From the NCBI RefSeq assembly GCF_018977255.1, contig NW_024704743.1, positions 75,332,001-75,396,000 on the forward strand: a stretch of 64,000 nt of DNA. Direction: 5' to 3'. Shown in pieces: positions 11,651-22,156 of this stretch. The notes under the pieces were generated by a model. That model did not search any database. It had not been told where the DNA came from and worked only from the letters and a program-made list of their open reading frames with translations. Origin of the DNA: Callorhinchus milii. Its lineage: Eukaryota. Each line of letters starts with the position of its first letter. Position 1 is the stretch's first letter. The position numbers and the translations under genes are program-made.

Positions 11651-13645
11651 ATATAAAATACACGGTAAGGTTTACATAGTGAGGTAATTGAATTGATTGA
11701 GTCTGAAATTATGTTGCTTCCTGCAGACTGCAACAAATAGAATTACAAACGTGGGTTCTCTATGTAGACTTTTATTTAGCTTTCATTGCGAACTATTTTC
11801 TTCATAATGATAGGATAATAGGAATCCTTGAAATTCATATAGCGCCAATGATTTTGAATTTCACAGGTAATTGCTATCAACTGTGGTGACTGTATTTATA
11901 GGCAAATGTGACAGCCAGCATATGCTCAGCTCATCAAGGTCCCACCATGAAGTGAGTAACTAATTTATTTGGAGGTTTAGTGATCAGGACATCGAAGGAA
12001 ATTCTTTTCTCATTATAAATAGTTTCATGGGATCTTTTATATTTGCCTCAAAAGGCAGAAGGGGCATCAGTTTAATGTCTTATATGGAGGATAGGATCTC
12101 CCCAGCACTACCTCAGAGTGCCAGCCTAGATAATAATAATAATGCATTTGATCTAGTGCCTTATCACATCGAGACGTCTCAAAGCGCTTCACAGAATGTA
12201 AGGGTAATTTATTTTCAAGACTCTGCAGTGAAGTAAGGACTGACACAAATGTTGCACAGTTGATCAAGCTTTATTAATTCAGATTAATAATGGTTATAAA
12301 TAATTAAAAGAATACATCTAATTATGTTTACCTATTCACGAATACTGTAGTTCACAATATAAGTTGACCAAGCCCAATGCTACGGGAGAGATAGAGGAGC
12401 AATGTCCAATTTAATGTCCCATTTGAATCAAAATATAAGTCCTCAAAAGATATCCAAGTATTGTTGTACGATTTCCAGTTCGAAGTCACCCCAAAATATC
12501 CAGGTATTATTGTACGCTTACTGTTGTTTAAATCATTGTCTTGATCTTCCTTCTTTAGAAACTGGAATATGGTTCGCGACTTCAAGTTCCGATTTCTTCC
12601 TTCTTCCTTTCTCTTTCGAATCTCTGTTTATACTGTTGATTAGGTGACATTTCACCTATTGTTTTTTGCAAGATGGTTCTTTGTAAAGACAAATGCAATA
12701 TAGCTCTCTCCAGCTGCGTACCATTTTTCCATGAGAAAATGACTGATAAGGAATGAAAACAGTTTGTTGTTTATAAACAGTCTTTTGTTTCTCCTCTTTG
12801 AGCAAGGATCTTCTTCAAAGCTGGTTACAACCAGCTCCCCTCATATGAGATTGATCATATGTATCAAATACATACAAACATCGCAAATATAATTTAAGAT
12901 ATTACTTAACACATTAATTACAGAAATCCTGCAGTCCGCCCTGAAGTGGGTTAAGGTTACAAATGTAAACCCACTTGTATTACTGTAATTAATGCAAAAT
13001 CGGTACCATTCTGCTCCATCTCTCTCACCATGTTCAATCTCCAACCTATTTTACCATTTTTAGGATTCTTAATAAAAACCTTTTATATCAGTTTTTTTAT
13101 CTAATGCATAATCCAACAATTACGGTAAATCATTATTAATAATTATATCAATAAAAAACTAACAAGGTCATACTCAAATTGTATTACCACAAAAACTAAA
13201 TATATCACTTCAGTGAGAGTTCCTTTTTTTTATGAGCACACTTCTTTGATTAAATACTGGAATACACAAAATAAACGATACATAAAATAAATCAAAATAA
13301 ATCAAGTAATTTGAAGATTATTTGACAATGTAACATTTATCACAATTTAAACTACTAAAATTTGGCATAATGAATAGAAAGTGATTAACTTTCTATCTAT
13401 CAATGTTTACTCCACCCTGTCGTTCATATGTCCCAAATTTTTGGTTTTATCTGTAATTCTATGCTATAATATGGATTGGCTATGTATTTAGTGGGCGAAA
13501 TGCGGCAGACAGTTGCACACAGCAGCATCCCACAAACAGCCATGAAACAAATGAACAATTTTATTTTATGAGCTCAAAGTTCCAATTTGAGGCTTGAACC
13601 CACAACCTTCTGATGAGATTACTATCAATTGTGCAAAACTGACAC

Positions 13646-14383
13646 CTGGGTATTTTGTTTGACTCTGAACTGTCCTTTCTCCCCCACATCCGCGCCATGA
13701 CCAGCACTGCCTACCACCACCTCCGCAACATTGCCAGACTCCGCCATTGTTTCACCCCTCAGGCTGCCAAAACCCTCACCCAGGCATTCGTCACCTCAAG
13801 GCTCGATTACGGGAATTCCCTCCTCATCGGCCTTCCCAACTCTTCCTTTCACAAGCTGCAGGTCATCCAAAACTCTGCAGATCATGTACTCTCACGCACC
13901 AGGCTCCGTGACCCCATCATTCTCACCCTCGCCCGACTCCACTGGCTCCCCATCCCCAGAGGATTGAATTCAAGATCCTCGTCCTCACCTTTAAGGCCAT
14001 CCATGGCCTTGCTCCATCCTACCTCTCTGACCTGCTGACTCCCTACCAACCTGCCCGCTCCCTCTGTTCAGTGGGCTCTGGTCTGCTCCATGTCTCCCGC
14101 CCGACTCGCCTTACCATCAGTGCCGGGCTTTCAGCCTCTCTGCCCCCACATTCTGGAACTCCATCCCACGGTCCCTTCGCCTCGCTTCCTCCCTTGCCTC
14201 CTTCAAGGCCGGTCTCAAGACCCTTCTCTTCGATCGTGCCTTTGGTCTCCCTCCCACCTGTCTGCCTTCCCTCACCCCCACACCACCCCTCCCCCATGCT
14301 CGGGCCCCGACATCTGACTGGTCAGCGCCTTGGGACATCCTCCCGACTTGAAAGCCGCTCTATAAATGTAATTTTGTTGTTGT
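13646..14383 (+). mobile_element. L2 LINE 3' fragment
   Basis: FDSELSFLPHIR...AFVTSRLDYGNSLL...LARLHWLPI followed by the L2 terminus. Confidence 0.92.
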
Positions 14384-14912
14384 ATTTACACATTAACATC
14401 AGAATTTGTTGAAATAGATTTAAATGCTTTTTTGTAGTCTATGTAGTTGTTACAAATTTTATTTGAAAGCCTCATTGTACTGTGTAATCTCTTGACTCAC
14501 ATTTATGCCTCTCTACTTTCCTCACAATCCACTGCTTCCATAATCAGGCTTTGGAACTCAAGCAGCTGAAACATACAAAACAAACAGCTTTTCATTCTCA
14601 GTTCCTGTGAAGCCACAACAGATATATAGATGTTGCCTATTCCTGAACATTCAACCCTGAAGGCCCCTTTCTTCAATCTACATTTTCCATTTATCAATAA
14701 TGTGCTGCCCATTTACAACAAGGAGCTCAGTACAACGTATCCCTGGAGACAAAAGTATCACTCAGTTTTTTTATCTTGTGAATATTTTGCCAATAAATAT
14801 GGCTTGGTGTCATGCTCCGCTGCAGTTGAGTGCTCTAAGATGCTACCCTGCGTGAAGGGCACTATATAAGTGCAAGTTATTCTTATTTCCTTCATATAAG
14901 TAGTACAAGATC

Positions 14913-15112
14913 AACAACAACTTGCACTTATATAGCGCCCTCTAAGCAGGGCAGCGTCTCAGAGCGCTTAAGAATGGCAGAGCTGACTCTGAGCTGGGGG
15001 GAGGTGAGAGGTGGCCGTAAGCACGGTTGAAGAAGAAAGTTTTCAGGCGGGACTTGAAAGAGGGGAGAGAAGGGGGCAAGGCGGAGGAATTGAGGGAGAG
15101 TGTTCCAGAGCT
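14913..15112 (-). mobile_element. L2 3' end fragment
   Basis: SFKSRLKTFFFNRAY and a gcaagttgttgttg tail. Confidence 0.75.
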
Positions 15113-15231
15113 AGTAGGTGAATTGAGGCATACGTGTTTCCACCAAAAAGTTTCATTGTTTTTGAGCATAGTGCATTCTACTATATCTGACAATTGTAGT
15201 CCAACAGCAATTTATTAGTAAGTAAATATAA

Positions 15232-15570
15232 TAATAATCCTTGGATTTTATATAATACCTTGAACATCAGGAGGATGTCTCAAAGTGCTTCATAGGATTT
15301 ACTGTAACGTTTAGGGACTGTATTTTGTAGGTGAATGCAGCAGTCAATTTGTGCACAACTACGTCTCACATTTGAATGAAGCAAATGACCATTTATTGTC
15401 CGGAGATTATTGGCCAGGCCCCTGGGAGAAACTGCCTTCTTTTTTCAAATAGTACCATTAATATTTTGAGTCCAACTGAACAGACAGGTGGGGCATTGGC
15501 AGATGTCTCATCTGAAGGACGGAATCTCCAGCAATGCAGAGCTCCCCCAGCACTGCATTGGAGTGTCATC
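15232..15570 (-). mobile_element. Degenerate Deu-domain SINE
   Basis: Reverse complement of the tail and Deu body, similar to 49204-49640. Confidence 0.7.
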
Positions 15571-16139
15571 CTCCAAAGTTCAAAGAATAGTAACCAATTC
15601 TACTGAACGTTTCAAAATTTTTTGCTTGTAATGATCAAACCTGTTGAAACTCCTTTATCAAAATCTTCCCTGACTGCAAATTTACACCCAAGTGCCACTA
15701 ACCTTCTGCACGTAGGCACTTTTCCATAATGGGATTACAGCCAAAATTTAACTAATGGTTGCACATGCTGGTAGCTTTGATATGTAATATCAGTTTCTTT
15801 ACATCACCTAAACACATTCTAGGTAGATGCATCAGTGATGTCTGGAGATTACAAAGAATGCAACTGTACATATCCTATCTAGACATAAACTGAAGTGAAG
15901 TTTCCTGTGTTTTTTTCCATTTCTATGTATTATGTTTGTATATTTAATGAATCATTGTTTGAAATTGTTCAAGAAATTTTCTATGCTTTTCACCTCAGGA
16001 TGAAAGTCTTATTTGTGGTGATGCCATCTTTCTATTGACTGGATGAATGTGTGTTGATGGCAAATGTAATGAGAAGTAAGTAACATACCTATTCTGGGAT
16101 CATTGTGCGGATACTTTTGATGTGCTCAAACATAAATTT

Positions 16140-16576
16140 CATGATCATATAAACCCTATAAATAGAGTCACTGTACTTGACAAGAATTTCCTTTGCAGTT
16201 CTGGGTAAGTCTGGCATAACGCTTGAATATGGACCACTGAAGTTGTGGAGAATAGTCGTTGTATGTTACATATTAATTGGCAATAGAAAAATGTAAATCA
16301 ATGTTTTGGTATGAAGATATGCAGCTCAAGATAGTGGAGCAATGTGATTTAGATATTCCACAACCACAAGATCAGCCAATAAACTAATCAGACAGATGCC
16401 AAATGATCTGATTGATTCTTTTTTCATGTGCTGGCATGTTGGAAATGGGTATTTAAATGATAGTAACAATAAAATCCTTGCTTTTGATCCAGCATCTATA
16501 ACATCAAAACATCTCACAGAACTGCAAAGGTAATTCTTGTCAAGTACAGTGACTCTATTTATAGGGTTTATATGAT
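16140..16576. repeat. Near-perfect inverted repeat, arms 16140-16203 and 16517-16576
   Basis: 60 aligned bp with one mismatch; the right arm continues at 16907-16915 beyond the inserted SINE. Confidence 0.92.
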
Positions 16577-16906
16577 AATAATAATAATAATAATAATCCT
16601 TGCATTTGATATAGCACTTTTCACGTCGGGAGGACGTCCCAAAGCGCTTCACAGAACACACTGTAAAGTGAATTGACTGTATATTTGTGGGCGAACGCGG
16701 CAGCCAATTGCGCACAGCAATGTCCGACAAACAGTCATATGGATTGAAAATGACCAATTTTTTATTATTGTTTTGTTTTTTTGGAGGGATTATTATTAGG
16801 CGTGTGGAGTAAGGAAACTTGCCCAAGGTTTCGCTCTGCCTGGAATTGAACTCAGGTCTTTCACTTGCAAAGCGAGTGCTCTAACCACTGATCCACAGGA
16901 CTCCAC
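16577..16906 (-). mobile_element. Young full-length tRNA/CORE-like SINE with ATGAT target-site duplication
   Basis: Head gtggagtcctgtgg...; (att)n tail; atgat at 16572-16576 and 16907-16911. Confidence 0.92.
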
Positions 16907-17264
16907 ATGATCATGTCACCATATGTGTTTTTGCCATTCTCTGTGGATGACATCTGTTGGCGCTATTTTTTCTGAGTTAAAATCTATTTTTTATCTTTAT
17001 TGCTCATTAAGACAAGTCTTCCAAACATGGCTTCTTATAACTGAGGAAAATAGTTATTGCCAAGTAAATGGTGTCATATATGTTCAAATCTGTGGTATCC
17101 TATATGTACAATTCTGTGCTGTCATACATGTACTGAGGTTGGCACAACAATCTCCCTTCCCTTCACTGACTGAAATTAATTGAAATTAACAATCATAGTC
17201 TTCACTATGCTGTTGCTAGCTCATCCACTGGAGTTAAGCACTCTAACCTCAATTCCCTGCTTTT

Positions 17265-17505
17265 TTCTTGTACCCTGTGCTTGATCCTATCACCTCCACC
17301 CTCACCCGGCTTCACTGGCTCCCCATCCCCCAGAAAATAATGTTCAAAATCCTTGTCCTAACCTTCAAGGCCCTCCATGGCTTTGCCCCTTCCTACCTCT
17401 ATGACTTGCTAACCCTATATCAACCTGTCTGCTCCCTCCGCTCAGCAGGCTCCATGTCCCCCGTATGGCCTGCCCCACCATTGGCGGTTGGGCCTTCAGC
17501 CTCTC
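17265..17505 (+). mobile_element. L2 fragment
   Basis: [33 protein letters not shown]. Confidence 0.85.
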
Positions 17506-18879
17506 TGTTCTTCGTGTTTTTTAAGCCTTGCGTCCTTCTGAGGTGGTTCTACTGCAGATCTTCCAACTCAGTCTAGCAGACAGTAACAACTTGTACTGAA
17601 TCAAGCTTGGTTTTCTGAATGTCTTGAGAATTTATATGAAGAAAGAGGGCGGCAGGCTGAAGGGTAATAGATTGGGGTCTCTGATTTCTCCTCTTTTCTG
17701 TTACAACTCTCTTCCTTTACCGGGGATGGAAACCTCTGGATATAGGGGAGAACCAGGCAGAGGGGAAACTAATCTCAGATGAGCTATGTATTTCCTACCT
17801 GTGCAGTAGAAGAATTTGAAGAAAGAATGCTGATTTGAGGAAAAGTGACTAACTCTAAAGCAGGTGATAGATACACTGGGCATGGCAGTTTGTAAGAGAG
17901 CTTATGGTTTGGACGATGACGATTCCAGAACTGTTGAAGAAACAAGCTGATACAAAGGAATATTTGCATAAAAGTTTGCCTAGTAAAACAATAGGGATCT
18001 AGAGATGATTTGATGGGCATTAAGTCTTTGTTTTCACAGGAGTAAAAGCGCTTGATATTTGGCTTTTGAGTCTCAATAAAATTTTAGTAAAAGCATAAGG
18101 GAAAGAAAGCTGAGGATTCGTGTGTAAACAAACATACAATACAACTCTAGATCTTACATCTCTCCACAACTTCATAACTTTATTCAGTCAAGTGAAGAGC
18201 ACGATGTATGCAGCAGCCTTTCTGTCACTACCTTGAATGTTTCTCTGTAATCAGACGGAAAAGGGATGTGTAGTAGCATGCAAATGTGGAACTCTTGGTT
18301 TGGTTAGATCCTCTAATTCAGGTAAGTAGATTTTGAGCTTTTACGGGCAAATTTAGTGGTACATTTTGTAGTAACAATTTTGTTCCAAGAATAATTTGTC
18401 ACTATTTAACTTCTCAGAATAGTTCAGAATTTTGACCAGCTCAATTAATCCCCCACTTAAGCTTAATTCTTTCAGTGAAACAATCCTATTCTTTAACTAT
18501 CACAAAAAACGCATGGATCTGGATTCAAATGGATGGCGAGTGTAAAACAAGTCTGACCACTCTATTGTAAAAGGCTTTACATTGTTGAGTGATACATCAC
18601 ACTCAGTTTATCTACAATCAATCAGCAAATTTAAAAGTGTGCATATTTTGTTCAAGGTGATCTCTCCTTTCCCCTTCAACCATGAAAGCCAAAACATCAA
18701 CTGTTTCTGCTATAAACTTGGACAGCCAAGGGCAATAAACCTAAGTTGTGTAGAAAAATAACTTACAATAATTTAATTAATTCTAACAATGATTTCAGAT
18801 CTAGAACTCCATTCTATACACAGCATTCACCCTAAAGTATATTTTTAATAATAAAATCAGCCTGATATAGTACCTTTCA

Positions 18880-19128
18880 GAATGAACAACTTTATCTAGG
18901 GATTGTTGACCAGGATATCAGAAGAAACTCCCTCTCTTTTTGAATGGTGTCATGGGATCTCAGTTCAACCTTTCGTTTGAAAGATGGCACCTCTGATAAT
19001 GCAACTCTCCCCCAGCAATGGAATATCCGCCTGGACTATATTTGAGTTTAGAGGCCTGATGTGGGGCTCGGATCCATAGCATTCTGAATCAGATGTGTAA
19101 GTGCTAGCAATTCAGCCAAGCTCACACA
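18880..19128 (-). mobile_element. Degenerate Deu-domain SINE (head and body)
   Basis: gtcatgggatct...aagatggcacctctgataatgca...gtgctagcaattcagccaag, the reverse complement of the 49204 family. Confidence 0.65.
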
Positions 19129-19289
19129 ATTATCTTAACTTTGTGGTGTTAGCAGGACATTGTTTGAATTAACTTCGAAATTTCCAAGAGTGCCACGAAT
19201 GGTAATAAATTGGCAGTTTACTATCTGTTTATCAGATAGGTTTAGCTTCAGTGTATTGCAATGGCTTTCAGACTTCACCTGATTGTTCA

Positions 19290-19410
19290 GCAACAGTGTC
19301 ATAGTGATCAACGTTAGAATTGATCGCTATGACACTGTAGCGATCATAGAGATTATTAATTCGATTTCTCAACATGACCGCTGCTTCCTGGTCATGTTGA
19401 GAAGTCAAAT
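19290..19410. repeat. Two adjacent stem-loops (19-bp and 21-bp stems)
   Basis: Arms 19293-19311 with 19320-19338, and 19359-19379 with 19390-19410. Confidence 0.9.
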
Positions 19411-19606
19411 AGTGTGGTCATAAGTTTGTACATTTTTCTACATATGAAAATTAACTGATGTGGCAGGTGTCACATCTGATTGTTGAATTATTTAGTATTA
19501 TTGTATTATTCAGTAAAAGTTAAAATAATGTCAATTTGCATATTGTTCATTTTGCATTGGACATATGATTGATCTTCACATTATCGTCAGCATTTGGATA
19601 TCAATA

Positions 19607-19768
19607 AATGAGAAGCAATTCATCAAACAGGTGCTGAGAGGAATAGTCGGGAACAGCTTTGGCGTTTTAAAGCAACATTTCTGGTGCTTGGCTGGATCAG
19701 GGAGAGCACTACTTTAGACACCAGAGGAACAAACGAAGATTACTCCTGCTTATTGTATCTTCTACAAC
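19607..19768 (+). mobile_element. Decayed PIF/Harbinger transposase C-terminal fragment
   Basis: Translates NEKQFIKQVLRGIVGNSFGVLKQHFWCLAGSGRALL*TPEEQTKITPAYCIFYN, resembling the Harbinger/HARBI1 motif R..IERAFG.LK.RF.CL..SGG.L...P......I.AC..LHN. Confidence 0.75.
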
Positions 19769-20730
19769 AGTGTGGTCTTATAGAAATCACCGAGTTTCCA
19801 CAGGTTTGGCTACCGTGACACCATTTTAGTCATCTGCACTAATTTTAGTTGAAAATGCCTTCATACACTCAAAAAATACAGGTAAATGTACTTCACACGT
19901 ATATTTATTTAACAAACATCTGTTTAACAAACATCTACCACCATTCATTGCAAAACGTTGCTGTTTTACTTTTCCACCAAAGTTTAGAATTCTTTGGAGG
20001 TTTTGGTCTTCCCTTTATTTTTCTTATGTGAGATGCACCAGACCCGCTCCCGCTCTCCATCCAGAAGCTGCTTGGCCTTTTAATGACATCCCCCCACGCC
20101 TTGTTACTAGCTGGACTTGCTTTCTACTGCTGGCCTGGAGTGGTTATTCTGATTAGTCGAGCTGACCATTATTGACAGCTCCACTCTAAATATAATATTG
20201 CTGTTCTTTGCGTGGAGCTGAACTCTGGCACTTCGCCTGCGCTACACATCATTTTCGTAGATAACCAATAAACAGTAACCAACGTAAAAGCACACACTAT
20301 GATCAAAAAAACAGTTATTTTTTGTCTTACCATTTTACTAACAAATGCACAAAAAGGAGATCACATGCCCATTGACAATGTTGATTATTAATTTTTATTT
20401 ACTAATCAAAAATGCAACTTTGCCACATCTGGATTCCCAATTCACTACATGTGGCTAGTGACTAACATATTGGACTTTCATTTAATTATTATATAAATAA
20501 TTAATCTAATTGCTGGCAGTGTGGATGTCAGATGACATCTTGTGGATAACTTCTTCATGTAAAATGTTCGGTTTGAAGAACCTGTAGCTTCTATACAGAC
20601 CACAGATTTCAAAACATTCCTAAACCAACAAAGTAAAGTGAATACAAAACACAAAATACTGCAGGTGCTGGAAATCTGAAACCAAAAACAGAAATCGCTG
20701 GGAACACTCAGCAGGTCAGGCAGAATCCAT

Positions 20731-20913
20731 AATAATAATAATCCTTGAATTTGATATAGCGCTTTTCATGTCTTCTAGACGTCTCAAAGCGCTTCACAGA
20801 ATATACTGTAAAGTGAATTGACCGTATATTTGTGAGCAACACGCAGCAGCCAATTGCACATAGCAGTGTCCCACGAATAGTCATGGATTGAAGTGACCAA
20901 TTTATTAATTTTC
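20731..20913 (-). mobile_element. 5'-truncated tRNA/CORE-like SINE inserted in the Penelope repeat
   Basis: (att)n tail and Deu-type 3' half, flanked by tccat at 20726-20730 and 20914-20918. Confidence 0.88.
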
Positions 20914-20937
20914 TCCATCTATGGAGAAAGGAAAGTG

Positions 20938-20974
20938 AGTCAATGTTTCAGGTCCACGACCCTTCATCAGAACT
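20938..20974 (-). ncRNA. Minimal hammerhead ribozyme motif (Penelope-associated)
   Basis: Minus strand AGTT-CTGATGA-A-GGGTC-GTG-GACCT-GAA-ACAT-T-GACT; the stem III palindrome has decayed from ACGT to ACAT. Confidence 0.55.
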
Positions 20975-21009
20975 GGGGAACGTTGGGAGGGAGAGGCTTT
21001 CTTAGTTTT

Positions 21010-22156
21010 AGTTTTTAGTATAAACCTAAAAGAAAAGGCCCAAAAAAATGCCAAAAAGAGTAGCAAACCTGAAGACTGGGAGTGTTTTAAGGGACCAACA
21101 AAGGAAAGCCAAAAAGCTCATTAAGAGTGAGAAAATGGATTATGAGGGCAAGCTAGCTCGGAACATTAAGACAGATTGTAAGAGTTTTTATAGATACTTT
21201 AAGAGGAATAGGCTAGCAAAAGTAAATGTGGGTCCATGACAGGCAGAGACAGGAGGAATTATAATGGGGGATAAGGATATGGCAGAGTCCCTAAATAAAT
21301 TGCTTCTGCCTTCACGTTAGAAGACACAAGAAATTTACCAAAAATAGAGATGAACCATTGGGCTAATGATAAGGAGCAACTTAGGGAAATTTACCTTAGC
21401 AAAGAATTGGTTCTAGGGAAATTGTTGGCAATAAAAAATGACAAGTCCCCTGGACTTGATGGTTTGCACCCTAGGGTTTTAAAAGAGGTAGCTCATGAGA
21501 CAGTGGAGGCCTTATGTCTGATCTTCCAAAATTCTTTGGATTCTGAAACGGTTCCCATTGATTGGAAGATCCAAACATCACACCATTATTTAAGAAGGGT
21601 GGGAGAGAACAGATGGGGAACTATAGACCAGTTAGTCTGACATCGGTGGTAGGGAAAATTCTAGTATCCTTAATTAAGGATGTCGTAGTGGGATATTTAG
21701 AGGATCACAATATGATTAGACAGAGTCAACATGGCTTTACAAAAGGGAAGTCATGCTTAACAAATCTTTTAGATTTTTTTGAGGACATATCAAGCAGATT
21801 AGTTAGGGGGGAATCAGTGGATGTATTTAGATATCCAAAAGGCATTCGACAAGGTGCCGCATAAAAGGTTGATCCACAAGATTAGGGCCCATGGAATTAA
21901 GGGGAATATATTAGCATGGATTGAAGAATGGCTAATGGGAAGAAAACAAAGAGTAGGGATAAATGGGTCCTTCTCAGATTGGTGGGATGTGACCAGTGGA
22001 GTGCCACAAGGATCAGTGCTTGGGCCTCAACTATTTACAATCTACAACAATGATCTAGATGAGGACATCGAACTTAATATATCCAAATTTGCGGATGACA
22101 CTAAACTAGGAGGGACAGTAAACACCGAGGATGACAATAAAAAAATGCAACGAGAT
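21010..22156 (+). mobile_element. CR1 LINE copy A, 5' segment (RT domain), interrupted by CR1 copy B
   Basis: [65 protein letters not shown]; breaks at MQRD. Confidence 0.93.

Larger units (their letters stand above)
20650..21000 (-). mobile_element. Penelope-like element, inverted terminal repeat (left part of the nested host)
   Basis: Reverse complement of 30735-30890. Interrupted by a SINE at 20731-20913; resumes at 27440. Confidence 0.85.
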
